DNA from: Octopus vulgaris
Lineage: Eukaryota
Direction of reading: 5' to 3'
Assembly (NCBI GenBank): GCA_951406725.2
Contig: OX597817.1
Coordinates: 42,222,001-42,286,000 of the forward strand
Length of the DNA: 64,000 nt
Made by a program: the position numbers and the translations under genes. The notes under the pieces were generated by a model. It saw nothing but the letters and a program-made list of their open reading frames with translations, had not been told where the DNA came from and did not search any database. Within the stretch, counting starts at the first letter, position 1. Each line of letters opens with the position of its first letter. This document shows positions 26,304-38,936 of this stretch, in pieces.

Positions 26304-26503
26304 AATTATAACAAGGGATTGGCTACAAGCCTCTCTAGATGCTGGGAAAATAGATACCAAAGTACACTATTACCACATTAAAATCTCTGAGAATAACACA
26401 ACCCAGTGTGTTATTCTTGGAGATTTTAAGGTGGTAATAGTGTATTTTGGCATCTATTTTTCCAGCATGTGGAGAGGCTTGTAGCCAATCCCTTGTTATA
26501 ATT
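26304..26503. repeat. Fold-back palindrome with ~97-bp arms and a 6-nt loop
   Basis: aattataacaagggattggctacaagcctctc...gagaataacaca | acccag | tgtgttattctt...gagaggcttgtagccaatcccttgttataatt. Confidence 0.85.
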
Positions 26504-27161
26504 ATGTATATAATTATAAAATATTTATAATATTATGTTATTGTAAAATATTTATATATATATAGGTACGGGAATGGCTGTGTGGTAAGTAGCTTGCTTA
26601 CCAGCCACATGGTTCCGGGTTCAGTCCTACTGCGTTGATTGATCTGGGGCTGTAATGGAATATACTTTTCCAATGGGCTGTGCAATGGAACTGAACCCAA
26701 ACCCATGTGGTTGTAAAGCATGCTTCTTAACTACACAGCTATGCCTGCATCTATATATACATTACATGTGTATCTGTGTGTGTGTGTGTGTATGTGTGTG
26801 TGTGTGTGTGCATGTGTGTGTATGCACACGTGCATGTGTAAGCGTGTGTATGTGTGTTATAGATTGATGGTTTGATCGTGGGCTGGGTGAATTGATACTA
26901 AAGGCTTCTCTTATTTATTGTGTATGAGATCTAACCACAAGGAATTGTATATGTGCATATGTGTGCATGTGTGCATAATTACACACAAGCATGTGTGTGT
27001 GTGTAAACAAACATTTGGTATTTGTTCAGTTGAGATGGCTACACAAGGCAAGAGGTAGCCAAAATGTCTTTCAGTGTCTCATTCCATGTTTCCTAGGTCT
27101 GACTTCAAATTCTTCCAGGATTGATTTTGGATTTACTTTCAAGTTACAATGAGACTGTATG

Positions 27162-27195
<34 letters not shown>

Positions 27196-28062
27196 CAGTC
27201 AAGTAATCAATGGTTTTGATTTATTCTTACTATTGACATCTTTTCTTAAGACCAATTCAATTCAAAAGAATCACTCTTTTCTAAGCTTCTCTTTCATGTT
27301 GGCATATTGGAATTGTGATCCTCTACTCCAAGAAACTCATACATTTCTTCAATATCAAATTCACTAATAATTCTACTGATTTCCAAGTCAAAGCTAGTTG
27401 TTCTTTTAATCTTCCAGTCTGTAATAAAGTCCTTAAATATATTTGGATACCAATCTCCATGGAAACATTGATACAGAATATACTCACCTCATGGAAATGT
27501 GACTTGAGATGATTGGGTAAGGATAAAGAATCCCTTGGGTCATGAATGACCATGGGATCGCACCTACAAATTCCTTACTAAGGCACAAGTCTGAGTAAGG
27601 TTGTTTATGGAAGACCAGCAGTCGCCCATGCATAACATCCTCTCCTCTCTGTGCCACTGATGTTATCCAAGGGAAAGGCAAAGGCCTTGATGAATTACCA
27701 GTTCTATCAACAGGCAGTAATCCTTTAATTGGTTTGCTTGACCCTAGACTGATCGTTGTCTGAAGAGGATCTTCTGCCCAGACTGTGTCATGTAGTTTCG
27801 CCAAATGAAGAACAAACATCAAATGAAAATCAATATGCCCAACTTCACATCTGCCGTATTGCTTCCCATGACTTCACTGTGATCCTGGCTTGGGGATTTT
27901 TCTGTCATTGAGGTTAACTCCTCTAAGACAGTGAGTTGCTAGAATTGTTACCATCCTGGACAAAATGCTTAGCAGCATTTCTTTCAACTTTACATTCTAA
28001 GTTCAAATGCTGCAATAAATTCCAAAATAAAAAAAAACGGCCGGAACTTAGTTGCTAACCCA

Positions 28063-28101
<39 letters not shown>

Positions 28102-28751
28102 CGACAGACCTCTTTTAGTTTCTGTATACCAGATCCACTCACAAGGCTTTGATCAGCCTGAAGCTATAGAAGAAAACACTTGCCCAAGGTGTCATGCAGT
28201 GGGACTGAACCTAGAACCATATGATTGGGAAGCAAACTTCTTACCACACAGCAATTCCTGCACCAGATGATTTATTTTTCTCATCACACCATAGATATTT
28301 TTGTTTAATATTTTACCATTCTCAAGAGTGGTCTTCTAATAAATTATTTTGTTGGAAAGAATTTTGACATGAAGACAATATGTAGAAATCAGAATATTTG
28401 GTCAGCATGTGTTCAGAGATTGCTGACAGCTTACACATGTATATGTTATGTCAAAAGTTTTCTTAATTAAAAAACATATGTAAAAGATATGTTCTGTCAA
28501 TATGGAAAATGTATGTGAACAAAAACTATTCCAAGATCTATATTGGTTTAATATATGCTAACCTAGTGATATTATACAAGACTTTTCTAACCTAACCAAC
28601 TAATAATAATGATGATGATGATGATGATACTTTTTTTTAAGATAATGATAACCAGCAATGTCTAGCATTGCTAAAAGTTCTGTTATGATTTTGTATACTT
28701 TGTTATTTATTTCATTCATTTATTTATTTATTTTTATTATTATTATCATTA

Positions 28752-30146
28752 TTCAGTAGTTTTATTTTTATAGCGTGCTTTCACTTCACTACCGAGCGCA
28801 GCTCTGTGTGCCTTGGGTATGTGCTGTGATTTGTTGTGATGCTCTGATGGTTATTGTATGGAAAGTGTTCTGCGTAGGATGTGTGCAGTGCCTAGTAGTG
28901 CAATTTTCTGTATGTTATATGTGTTTGTAAGTCCTGGTGTTTTTGTTATGTATTTGTCTGAATATTTTTTTATCATGCCTACTGCACCTACTATGATAGG
29001 AATTGTTTCTGTTTTCAGATTCCACATTCTAGTTACCTCTATTTCCAGGTCTTTGTATTTTGAGAGTTTCTCCATTTCTTTTAGAGACATGTTGTCATCT
29101 GCCGGTATTGATACATCAATTAGAAAGCATTTTTTTTCTTCATGATCTCTGACAACTATATCTGGTCTGTTGGCCTTAATTTCTCTATCTGTGTGTATCG
29201 GCATAGTTTAGTGCAGTATTTACCATGAAGGGGCTTTTCTTGCCATCGTTTTATCATGGTTCGTTGCTGTTCTATTTTTAGTTTGGATTTCATTTGTTTT
29301 ATAGCTTTTGTTGTTTCTTCATCATCTTCTTCTTCTTCTTCGTGTTTATTAGGTGGTATGATTTCTTGTTTGTATTTGTCAGCTTCCTTAAATACTGAGA
29401 ACAGTTTTTTGTTTTGCTCGTGTTTTGCTGCTATCTGGATCAGTTTTCCTTCCTTCTGAAGTAGATATTTTTGCAGTCCTATGGTGGTTATTTTATAGTA
29501 GTTTTCCAGCTGTATAAGGCCTCTACCACCTTCTATACGTTGTATATATAGTCTTTCTATGTCAGATTTTGGGTGATGCATCCTAGATCCTGTTAGTATT
29601 TTTCTTGTTTTCCTATCTATTTTGGACAGTTCATTTCGTGTCCAGTTAAGGATATTGTAGCTGTAACTTATAACTGGGACAGCTAAAGTGTTGATACCTA
29701 TTATCTTGTTTTTAGCATTGAGCTCTGTTTTTAGTATTGATCTAACTCGTCTATAATATTCTTTTTTTATTTTCTCTTTCATTTGTGTGTGTTGTGTCTT
29801 ATCTAGTTCATGGATTCCTAAGTATTTGTAAGTTTGGCTTTGGTCTAATTCTTTTATTTCATTGGTTTTATCTAGTGTGATGTTGTTACTCTTAACTAGT
29901 TTTCCTCTTTTCATGGTTACTTTGGCGCATTTTTCTAATCCAAATTTCATATCTATTTCTTTGGTAAATCCATGAACTGTCTTTAATAGTGTTTCCAGCT
30001 GTTTGTCATTTGCAGCGTATAGTTTTAGGTCATCCATATATAAAAGGTGGCTGATCGTTTTGCCGTAAAATTTATATCCGCATCCAGTTCTATTTAGCAT
30101 ATCAGATAGAGGTGACAGTGCCAAGCAGAAAAGGAGTGGAGAGAAC
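28752..30146 (-). mobile_element. R4/Dong-clade non-LTR retrotransposon, 5'-truncated and internally deleted (partial RT, RLE endonuclease, 3' UTR), inserted in (TAA)n
   Basis: ORF 29156-30124 has SPLLFCLAL..., HLLYMDDLKLY, FGLEKCA, YKYLGI and GGRGL. ORF 28851-29204 has NRPDIVV..KCFLIDVSIPAD.N...KEMEKLSKYKDL (PD-D-xK restriction-like endonuclease). TAA repeats on both flanks. Confidence 0.92.
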
Positions 30147-30207
<61 letters not shown>

Positions 30208-30225
30208 ATGATGATAGTAGTAGTG

Positions 30226-30317
<92 letters not shown>

Positions 30318-30325
30318 AATAATAA

Positions 30326-30779
30326 TGGGCTACAGCAAATATTCTGCTCAATACCACAGATTTGCTTGTCAGTTGTTTGACCTTAACCAGTTGAGCATGC
30401 CCCTTAGTGGCTGACAATATGTGCATCTCTGATCATGAGCAGAAGTAGTGGGGGAGCATCATAGTCATGTGTTGAAAGGATTTCTTAGAGGTTTGGATAA
30501 TTCACCTTTGGAAACATGGGTGGTTCGTTCAACATCCTTAATACTTATTCAGGGACCTTTTGAGCAGGATGGGCTACTCAACCAGAAAAAAATTCTAACT
30601 GGGCCCCACCTGCAAGGTCATGTGCTGTTTATCTTGATATAAGATCACCATGTCATGTACGCTTGGTTGTGATGCATGTGCCTGGTGTACCCTTATCAGA
30701 TGAGTAGTAAAGATGGGTATATTGGGCTTCATATATTTGTACCCCAGTGTTACTTTGTTGGCATGCGCTGCTCTCTCAC

Positions 30780-30781
<2 letters not shown>
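30326..30781 (-). mobile_element. ~455-bp non-coding element precisely embedded in (TAA)n (possible Dong-mobilised non-autonomous element or 5' UTR)
   Basis: Sharp boundaries against TAA/TGA repeats on both sides; complex, relatively GC-rich sequence with no credible ORF. Strand is tentative. Confidence 0.5.
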
Positions 30782-30842
<61 letters not shown>

Positions 30843-30845
<3 letters not shown>

Positions 30846-31042
30846 GCCTAATAAGCAACATCGCAGTGCCAGGAGATAAACATATGAAAAAAAGAGAAGT
30901 TGATAAATATGGAGACCTGTGAATTGAGTGGCAGCTACAAGAGTCGAACATAAAGATTATCCCTTTTGTCATCAGATCATTGGGTTCAATACCACCCAAT
31001 CTGTAAAAACATCTGAAAACGTTAGAGATACCCTACAATCTA
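30843..31042 (+). mobile_element. RLE-domain fragment of a second R4/Dong subfamily
   Basis: KCLISNIAVPGDKHMKKREVDKYGDL*IE...IKIIPFVIRSLGSIPPNL*KHLKTLEI parallels 28851-29204 and starts directly after (TAA)n. Confidence 0.75.
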
Positions 31043-31370
31043 CAGGAGTTGGACAAAATAATGGAAACACCTTAAAATCTCAAATAAATTTATTTTAATA
31101 TGGGGTAGGACTGCCTTTGGCAGTAATTACAGCTTTAATTCTATGAGGTATGGACTCATACAAAGTTTGAATTTTTTCCAAAGGAATTTTGTCCATTCTT
31201 CAGCTAAAACAGTCTCTAGTTCTTGTAGTGATGACACTGGAGGACATCGACTCCTTACATGTTTTTCGAAAATGCTCCATAAACGTTCAATAATACTGAA
31301 ATCTGGGGACTGTGGTGGCCAGATAAGATGTTCAACTTCATTAGAATGTTCCTTGTGCCATTCAATAACA
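31043..31370 (-). mobile_element. Tc1-family transposon 3' end (TIR plus transposase C-terminus)
   Basis: TA|caggagttggacaaaataatggaaacacc terminus; minus translation EWHKEHSNEVEHLIWPPQSPDFSIIERLWSIFEK matches WPxQSPDLNxIExLW. Confidence 0.85.
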
Positions 31371-31914
31371 ACTCAGTCAAATCGTCCAACCCATGCCAGC
31401 ATGGAAAATGGACATTAAACGATGATGATGATGATGATGATAATGATAAAGACTGTTCTATATGATCTCTCTTTTCCATTTTTTAGAATGGCAGAGCTTG
31501 AATTGAATGAGATTTAGTTGTTGTTTCTAGCTGGTTGACAATCCCTCACCAGTTTGTTCTGTATACTCAGTGTTTGTTTTACAATAGGTGAAAAGAGATT
31601 GTCTGGGTGAGGACAGCTTTTCTGTTTAGCTTGTTCTCTTTGAAAATGTTACAATTAATTCGCTTCTACTGAAATAAATTATAACAAAATGATAAATCAC
31701 TTTGTTAATATGAAAGCAAGACAAAAGCAGCTGTTATTGCTGTTTTAATACATTATCAACATAGTTGCAGTTTGTTTTGATTTTACCTATGAAATAGAAA
31801 GTAATTAAATAACATATAAGTTTTTATTATGTATCGATTTCTTAAATACAATATAAATATATGTAATAAATTTTAAATTTTAAATTTCTTTGCTTGGCAT
31901 TTATTTTTTCATTC

Positions 31915-32479
31915 TTTTATTCTTTTACTTGTTTCAGTCATTTGACTGCAGCCATGCTGGAGCACTGCCTTTAGCCGAACAAATCACCCTCAGGACTTAT
32001 TCTTTGTAATCCCAGTACTTATTCTGTTGGACTCTTTTGGTGAGACAATGTGTGTGCATGTCTGTCTGTCTTTGTATGTGTGTTTGTCCCCCTTCGCTGC
32101 TTGACAACCAGTGTTGGTGTGTTTACGTCCCTGCAACTTAGCAGTTCAACCAAAGAGGCTGATAAAATAAGTACAAGGCTTAAAAAAAGAAGTAGTGGGA
32201 TCGATTCATTCAGTTAAACTTCTTCAAGGTGGTGCCCCAGTATGGCCATCATCTAATGACAGAGACAAGTAAAAAGTAAAAGAAAGAAAATGAAGAAGGA
32301 AAAAAAGGAGTGGCTGTGTGGTGAGAAGCTTGCTTCTCAACCACATGGTTCCGGGTTCAGTCCCACTGCGTGGCACCTCGGGCAAGTATCTTCTACTATA
32401 GCCTCAGGCTGACCAAAGCCTTGTGAGTGGATCTGGTAGATGGAAACTGAAAGAAGCCCATTGTGTATGTATGTGTATA

Positions 32480-32526
<47 letters not shown>

Positions 32527-32760
32527 ATGTATGTATGTATATGTATAAGATTGTATGTCTGTGTTTCTCCACCACCATCACTTGACAACTGATGTTGGTG
32601 TGTTTACATCCCTGGAACTTAGAGGTTTGGCAAAAGAGCTCAATAGAATGAGTATTAGGCTCACAAAGAATAAATTCTGGGGTCGATTTGTTGGACTAAA
32701 GGTGATGCTCCAGCATGGCCACAATCAAATGACTGAAACAAATAAAAGAATAAAAAAAGG
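31915..32760. mobile_element. Cluster of family A SINE pieces (minus 3' end, plus 3' half, near full plus copy at 32307-32760)
   Basis: Shared motifs with other family A copies. Confidence 0.8.
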
Positions 32761-33264
32761 AAAGAATCTGTTTCCTATGCACCTTCTTCCTTGGTCTTCG
32801 ACTTAAAATTCAATCTCCTAATCGCATCAAGTTTTATCAAGAAATTATTATTTCCCTTACAATAACTAACCGTCAGTGTGCACCCCATATATATACATTT
32901 TATGTTTGAATCTAAATATAAGTCTGTTATGGATGTAATTGTCTTTGGTTAAAGGTTTCCCTGGTCGATGATGACCTGGAGCTAAGCAGCAGCATCAACA
33001 ACAACAACAATCCTGGAAATTCTTTATGCTATTGTGCAATGTTCTAATAAGTGTGTGACAGCCTTTTCAGACATATGTAAATGATTGGCTTGTCAAACAA
33101 TTCATTCCGTGTTATGATAATTATCTTGTGCTAGGGATTACAAAGAACCTTTTCATTTCATCTTGCCTTTCAAACAATTTCTATCCAGCCATTCTCTGAA
33201 CTTCATCACAGTTCTAACAAAATACTTCCTGTTCTTTATGATTTTGGTTTGTTTTCTTTTATCT

Positions 33265-33500
33265 GTACTGTTTTCTTCCAGTTTCTTCTATTCTCATCTC
33301 TTTTCTTCCAATTTTTTCTTTTATCATCTGTTTTCTTTCAACTTTTTCTTTTCTCATCTATTTTCTTCCAATTTTTTCTATTCTCATCTTATTTCTTCTA
33401 CTCTCATCTCGTTTCTTCCAATTGCTTCTTTTCTCTATTTTCTTTAATTTTCTTCTATTCTCATCTATTTTTTTCATTCCTATTTTCTTCTATCCTCTTT
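33265..33500. repeat. ~30-bp pyrimidine-rich minisatellite (ttttcttccaattttttctattctcatcta-like)
   Basis: About 7 diverged tandem units visible. Confidence 0.8.
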
Positions 33501-33984
33501 GATGACAATGTAACATTGCCATTGCTATTAGATTTGTAATATGTATATATTTTTTTTAAATCATCAACATCATCCTTCATTATAACAAAAATAAGTTGGT
33601 CAAAATCACAGGGCCAAGTATTCTTCTATTAACTTTCAAAAGGAAGAATAACAATATATTATAATTTTCAGGAACTTAAGGTTTTCTGGCTATAATTTCT
33701 GTAGAAAACCTGTCAAGATAACTTTAATAAGTGATGTAATAGCATTGTTAATACAATAGAACACAATATAAACTTATAAAACTGTTTAATATACTTTGGA
33801 GTCATGGCACTCCGTTAGTTACGATGACACATTATTGCAGTGTTTCTCAATCTTTTTACCCTTGCGTAACCCTTAAAATAAATTACATGTCTCAAGGAAT
33901 ACCTGCATAAAAAAAAAATCATATACTATATCTTTCTCATATTTTCTTCATCGTAGTTCACATGGTAAATATCATGCATACTAT

Positions 33985-34372
33985 GACACCCAGTCGATTT
34001 CAAGGATGAGGGTTCCAGTTGATCTGATCAATGGAACAGCCTGCTCCTGAAATTAACCTGCAAGTGGCTGAGCACTCCACAGACATGTGTACCCTTGATG
34101 TAGTTCTTGGGGAGATTCAGCATGACACAGAGTGTGACAAGGCTGGCTCTTTGAAATACAGGTACAGGAAGAAATACAGAAACAGGAAGTAATAGTGAGA
34201 GAAAGTTGTGGTGAAAGCGTACAGCAGGGTTTACCACCACCCGCTGCTGGAGCCTTATGGATATTTAAGTGTTTTTGTTCAATAAACTCTCACAATGCCC
34301 GGTCTTGAAAGCAAAACTGTGATCCTATGACTGTGAGTCCGCTGCCCTAACCATGGGGTCATTGTGCCTCCA
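33985..34372 (-). mobile_element. Family C SINE with long 3' body
   Basis: Reverse complement of the head at 1766-1930; body shared with 43590-43822 and 55925-56040. Confidence 0.7.
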
Positions 34373-34707
34373 TACTTTGTAGTATATTATGATGATTGTA
34401 TAACGAAATACAATATCCTTTTATGTCATTAATTTTCAGAAACTGTTGCACTATTATTCTGTCTATGGACTATTTTCTTCTTGCTTGAATTTTGTTCTTG
34501 AATTTTGGGTTGTGGCCATGCTAAGGTACCACCTTGAAACGTTTTAGCTGAGCAAATTAAACCTTGTACTTATTTTCTAAAAGTCTACGACCTATTCTAT
34601 TGGTCACCATTTTTGAACTGCTAAATTATGGAGACATAAAGAAGCCAACACCATCAAGTGGTGTTGGGGCACAAACACAAACAGAAAAACATGTACACAC
34701 ATATACA

Positions 34708-34750
<43 letters not shown>

Positions 34751-35334
34751 GATGGACTTCTTTCAGGTTCTGTCGACTAAAATCCACTCACAAGGTTTTA
34801 GTCGGCCCATGGATATTGTAGAAGACACTTGCCCAAGGTGCTCCATAGAGGGACTGAACCCAAAACTATATGGCTGGGAAATAAACTACTTAACCACACA
34901 GCTATAAGAATAAATGACTGTCTTTTTCATACAAAATTCTGTTGGAATCTAAAGGTGTATTTGATAGAATTAACCCAAGTATTTTGTTGTTGTTGTTCCT
35001 TCTCAAGCCATGCCTGGCTCATAAGGGCTGTTTTCTCAGTTTCATTGGTGTATAGGTTCCCCACTTAAATGGGACACCAGTCTGTCACAGGTGAGCTGCT
35101 AGATGCTGGAGGAAAGAATAAGAGAAAGTTATGGTGAAAGAGTAGCAGAATTTCACCATTACCCTTCTGCTGGAGCCACGTAAGCTTAGGTGTTTCACTC
35201 ATAAACACACACATTGCCTGGGCCGATATTCGAACCCGTCATTCCTCGACTGCGAGTTCGCTGCTCTAACCACTAGGTCATGTGTCTCCACAATCCAAGT
35301 ATTTTACTAGTGTTTATTTTATCAACCCTTAAAA

Positions 35335-35720
35335 GTTGACTTGACTTGACTTGAGACAGCATTCACCCGGGGTAGGTTGAGCTGGTTTCATTCATCCTCA
35401 ATGCTGCATCTCTCACAAACGCCGACAAGGCCTGGCAAATTGAGGCTAACGACTGCATGATCTCCAACCACTCCTTATTCCAGTGGCGAATGCAATAGAC
35501 ATGGGGGCCTTGGTTGGGTTCCAGATCAGCCTTGACTGTCATCAGCCAGGTTTTTTATTGTCCACCACATCATTTTCGCCAACCCTGAAGGGGAGCTGGG
35601 GCAATTGCTTCATAGATGAATTCTCCTGGTTGACGACGGAGGGCATGACTCAGCCAACGCAGACGTCTCATTAGGATGACTTGTTGGAGGGAGGTGATTT
35701 TGCACTGGTGTCACACCGAA
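35335..35720 (-). mobile_element. Decayed RTE LINE 3' end with (GTCAA)n tail
   Basis: Minus translation RRLRWLSHALRRQPGEFIYEAIAP.PLQGWRK*CGGQ*KTWLMTVKADL...HWNKEWL; gacttgacttgacttg tail at 35338-35353. Confidence 0.8.
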
Positions 35721-36061
35721 TTGTTAAAAGTTAAAAAAATACAAGGTTGATTGGATTTGAAATCAGAAACTTTAGGTATCAAACTATTGTCTGCATTATT
35801 GCATGTTTATGCAGTAATTTATTATTACAGATTTAGCACTCACAGTAATGACAATGTTTTACTGAAGAGATTAATAAAACTGAAATATGTCTGATGTTGT
35901 CACACCACACTACTTGCATTTTTTCCCTTTTAGTTGCTGGTGAGATGTGCAAAAACTGCACATGATGACAACACTTAATTCTAATTGAAATTTCAAATTA
36001 AGTTTTCTTCTCTAGAAGGAGTTACTATTTATATTTTCAATACTGTCATTTTCTTTCCTGA

Positions 36062-36670
36062 CTTTTTGGGGGAAACGTTTGGCTGCTATTTCTAGCAAGT
36101 TGATAGACCACATGTAGACTTCTTCTGTAATTAATCAAACATGATTTTGGTGGATGTTTTTAAGAGATGTTTGGCTGCTATTTCTAGCTCGTCGATAAAC
36201 CACATGCAGACATCTTTATTTCATCAGTCATGGTTTTGCTGGATGTTTTTAAGAGATGTTTGGTTGCTATTTCTAGCTTGATGATAGACCACATGCAGAC
36301 TTCTTCCTTATTTCATCATTGTCATAATTTTGCTGAATGTTTTTGGGAGACGTTTGGTTGTTATTTCTAGCTTGCTAAAAAAACCACATGCAGACATCTA
36401 TCTTAGATCATCATTGTCAGGATTTTGTTGGTCATTTTTGAGAAATGTTTGGTTGCTATTCTAACTTTCTGATAAACCACATGCAGACATCTTCCTTAAT
36501 TCCCCATTGTCATGATTTTGGTGGATATTTTTGAGAGATATTTGGTTGCTATTTCTAGCTTGCTGATAAACCACATGCAGACATCTTCCTTATTACATCA
36601 TTGTCATGATTTTGCTGGAAATTTTTGAGAGATATTTGGTTGCTATTTCTAGCCGACTGCCTGACCACTT
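36062..36670. repeat. Tandem array of seven ~93-bp units
   Basis: Motif tttgg(c/t)tgctatttctagc...accacatgcagac recurs near 36078, 36170, 36259, 36353, 36448, 36541 and 36636. Confidence 0.9.
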
Positions 36671-36889
36671 CAGAATTTCTTATTTCATCATCACCATCAT
36701 TATTATTGTTGAGATTTTCAATGCTGTCATTGTTTCTCTTAACATTACCTCTAGAAACAGTATTCTTCTCGTTATGATGTTCTTGTAGTGATTATTGTTC
36801 TTATTATTATCATTGCCAATCTGCTTCTGTTGGTAGAGTTCTTTATTTTATTATTATTAATGGAGTTATTTCTGTTAAAATCACTGCCA

Positions 36890-37190
36890 TTGTTGTTGTT
36901 GTTGTTGTTGTTGTTCTTCTTCTTCTTCTTCTTCTTCTTCTTCTTCTTCTTCTTCTTCTTCTCCTTCTCCTTCTCTTCCTTCTTCTCATTCTTCTTCTTC
37001 TTCTTCTTCTTCTTCTCCTTCTCTTTGTTGTCCTTCTCCTCCTCCTCCTCCTCCTCCTTCTTTTCCTTCTTCTTCTTCTCCATCTCCTCCTCCTCTTCCT
37101 CCTCCTCCTCCTCCTCCTCCTTCTTCTTCTTCTTCTTCTTCTTCTTCTTCTTCTTCTTCTTCTCCTTCTTGCTGTTGTTGTTGTTGCTCT
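36890..37190. repeat. (TTG)n(TTC/CTC)n compound microsatellite
   Basis: Direct reading. Confidence 0.95.
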
Positions 37191-37681
37191 CCTTGACATT
37201 AAATTGCAAATTGTCATTCCAAATATCTAACTTTCCCATACATACACTTGCTAAACCTAATGGTATGAATATTACCACAAGCCTTTCCACTAATATAATG
37301 GTTGTCGCCTCCAACCATCATCACGCATCTCTCCGTTATATTCTGCGTAATTTACCAATGTTGAAGCTACCATTTCTTAATTGACTGCCATCAATAATAA
37401 AAAAAAAAACAAACATTCAATTCCCCTCTCTAGAAAGCAGTTACTTTCCTTACCTCCTACAATGCCTCAGTCTCAAAAAAATATATACAAGCTAATAAGG
37501 AGGCATCTGTGCAGTATGTTGTCTTCTTAGAAGTAACAACTAAGTTTTCTTCAAGTCACAGTTTACTGTCTTAAAATATAAGGAAACATTGAATACTGTA
37601 GTCCAAAATACACACTCACCGTTATTGTCATTGGCATCGTCTTCATCGTCATCATCATTTTACTGTCTACTTTTCCATGTA

Positions 37682-38133
37682 CCATAAATCCTCGAGTATA
37701 GTCCGCCCTTGAATATAATACGCAGGGGATTTTTAGAGGGTTGTACTTCTGAAAAACCTAAACCTTGTGTATAATACACACTCCTCCTCTAACTTGAGTC
37801 ATGTGTAATTAAGCCAGCAGCACCTAGTCGAACAAACACTTCTGCATATGCGTAATACAATAATGATGATGTTCTTAACTGTTATATGGGAATGTAAATA
37901 TGTTTGCAAATTGTTTTTGTTACATGTTATTCTGTGTTCTGAATACTTTTATTTTAATTAATGTTGCTTACTGCAAGTTATGGATGATTCTTTTATGACT
38001 TCATTGCTTTCAGGTTTAGCTTGACATTGCTTGAAAAATATTTTTCATTTTTAACCTCGTATATAGTACGCACTAGGGAGTTTGACCATTAAATTTTGGG
38101 GAAAAAATGCGGATTATACTCGAGGATTTACAG
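37682..38133. mobile_element. Tc1/mariner-superfamily (pogo-like) MITE, 452 bp
   Basis: TA TSD; TIRs ccataaatcctcgagtatagtccgc / gcggattatactcgaggatttacag; interrupts an old family D copy. Confidence 0.85.
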
Positions 38134-38539
38134 TATGCATGGATCAGATGAGACTACACTGAGGCAGAGTTTTCTATAGCTGGATGCTTTTCCTGGTTCC
38201 AACCCTCATCTATTTCAAAGCAAGGTAATAAATCCCACCATTTGTCAAAACCTGAACAGCCTGGATGTGTTTCCACTGCAGACTGAAAACAACCAACACT
38301 ATTTGCATGACTGGAGAGGTTTCTATCTACAAATAGAGCAGAACAAGCCAGGAAGCCTAGACATGTTTTTGTGGAAGACTACAAACCAACAACAGTTTAT
38401 ATAAATGGTGAGGCTTTTTGTTTACAGTCTACATACACACATGCGAAAACTAGAGAAAATAAAAACTCACTCACATATGCACACATACACACACACACAC
38501 ATGCATATAAACACATGTGAGGTTGTCAGAGCAACAAGC

Positions 38540-38936
38540 TGGCCTCCATGCTGATGGCATGTTAAAAACACAATTCGAGCATGATCATTACCTGCATTGT
38601 CTCACTAGCACTTGTGCTGGTGGCACGTGAAAAAACATTCAAGCAAGGACGTTGCCAATGCCACTGGACTGGCTCCTGTGCAGGTGGCACATAAAAAAAC
38701 CACCATTTGAGCGTGGCCATTGCCAGTACCACCTGACTGGCCCTCGTGCTTGTGGCATGTAAAAGCACCCACTACACTCTTGGAGTGGTAGGCGTTAGGA
38801 AGGGCATCCAGCTGTAGAAACTCTGCCAGATCAGATTGGAGCCTGGTGCAGCCATCTGGTTTGCCAGACCTCAGTCAAATCGTCCAACCCATGCTAGCAT
38901 GGAAAGCGGATTTTAAACGATGATGATGATGATGAT
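38540..38936 (+). mobile_element. Family D short retroposon with internal tandem subrepeats
   Basis: Repeated gtggcacgtaaaa motifs, gttaggaagggcatccagctgtagaaa, (GAT)n tail. Confidence 0.85.

Noticed and set aside
27755-27795. CTGAAGA hammerhead candidate
   Set aside because: GAAA is absent and stem I pairing is poor.
36062-36670. CRISPR-like periodic array
   Set aside because: Inter-repeat segments are homologous to each other, no cas genes are present, and the context is eukaryotic.
36772-37384. Poly-K/E, poly-R and poly-F ORFs
   Set aside because: (TTC/CTC)n microsatellite artefacts.
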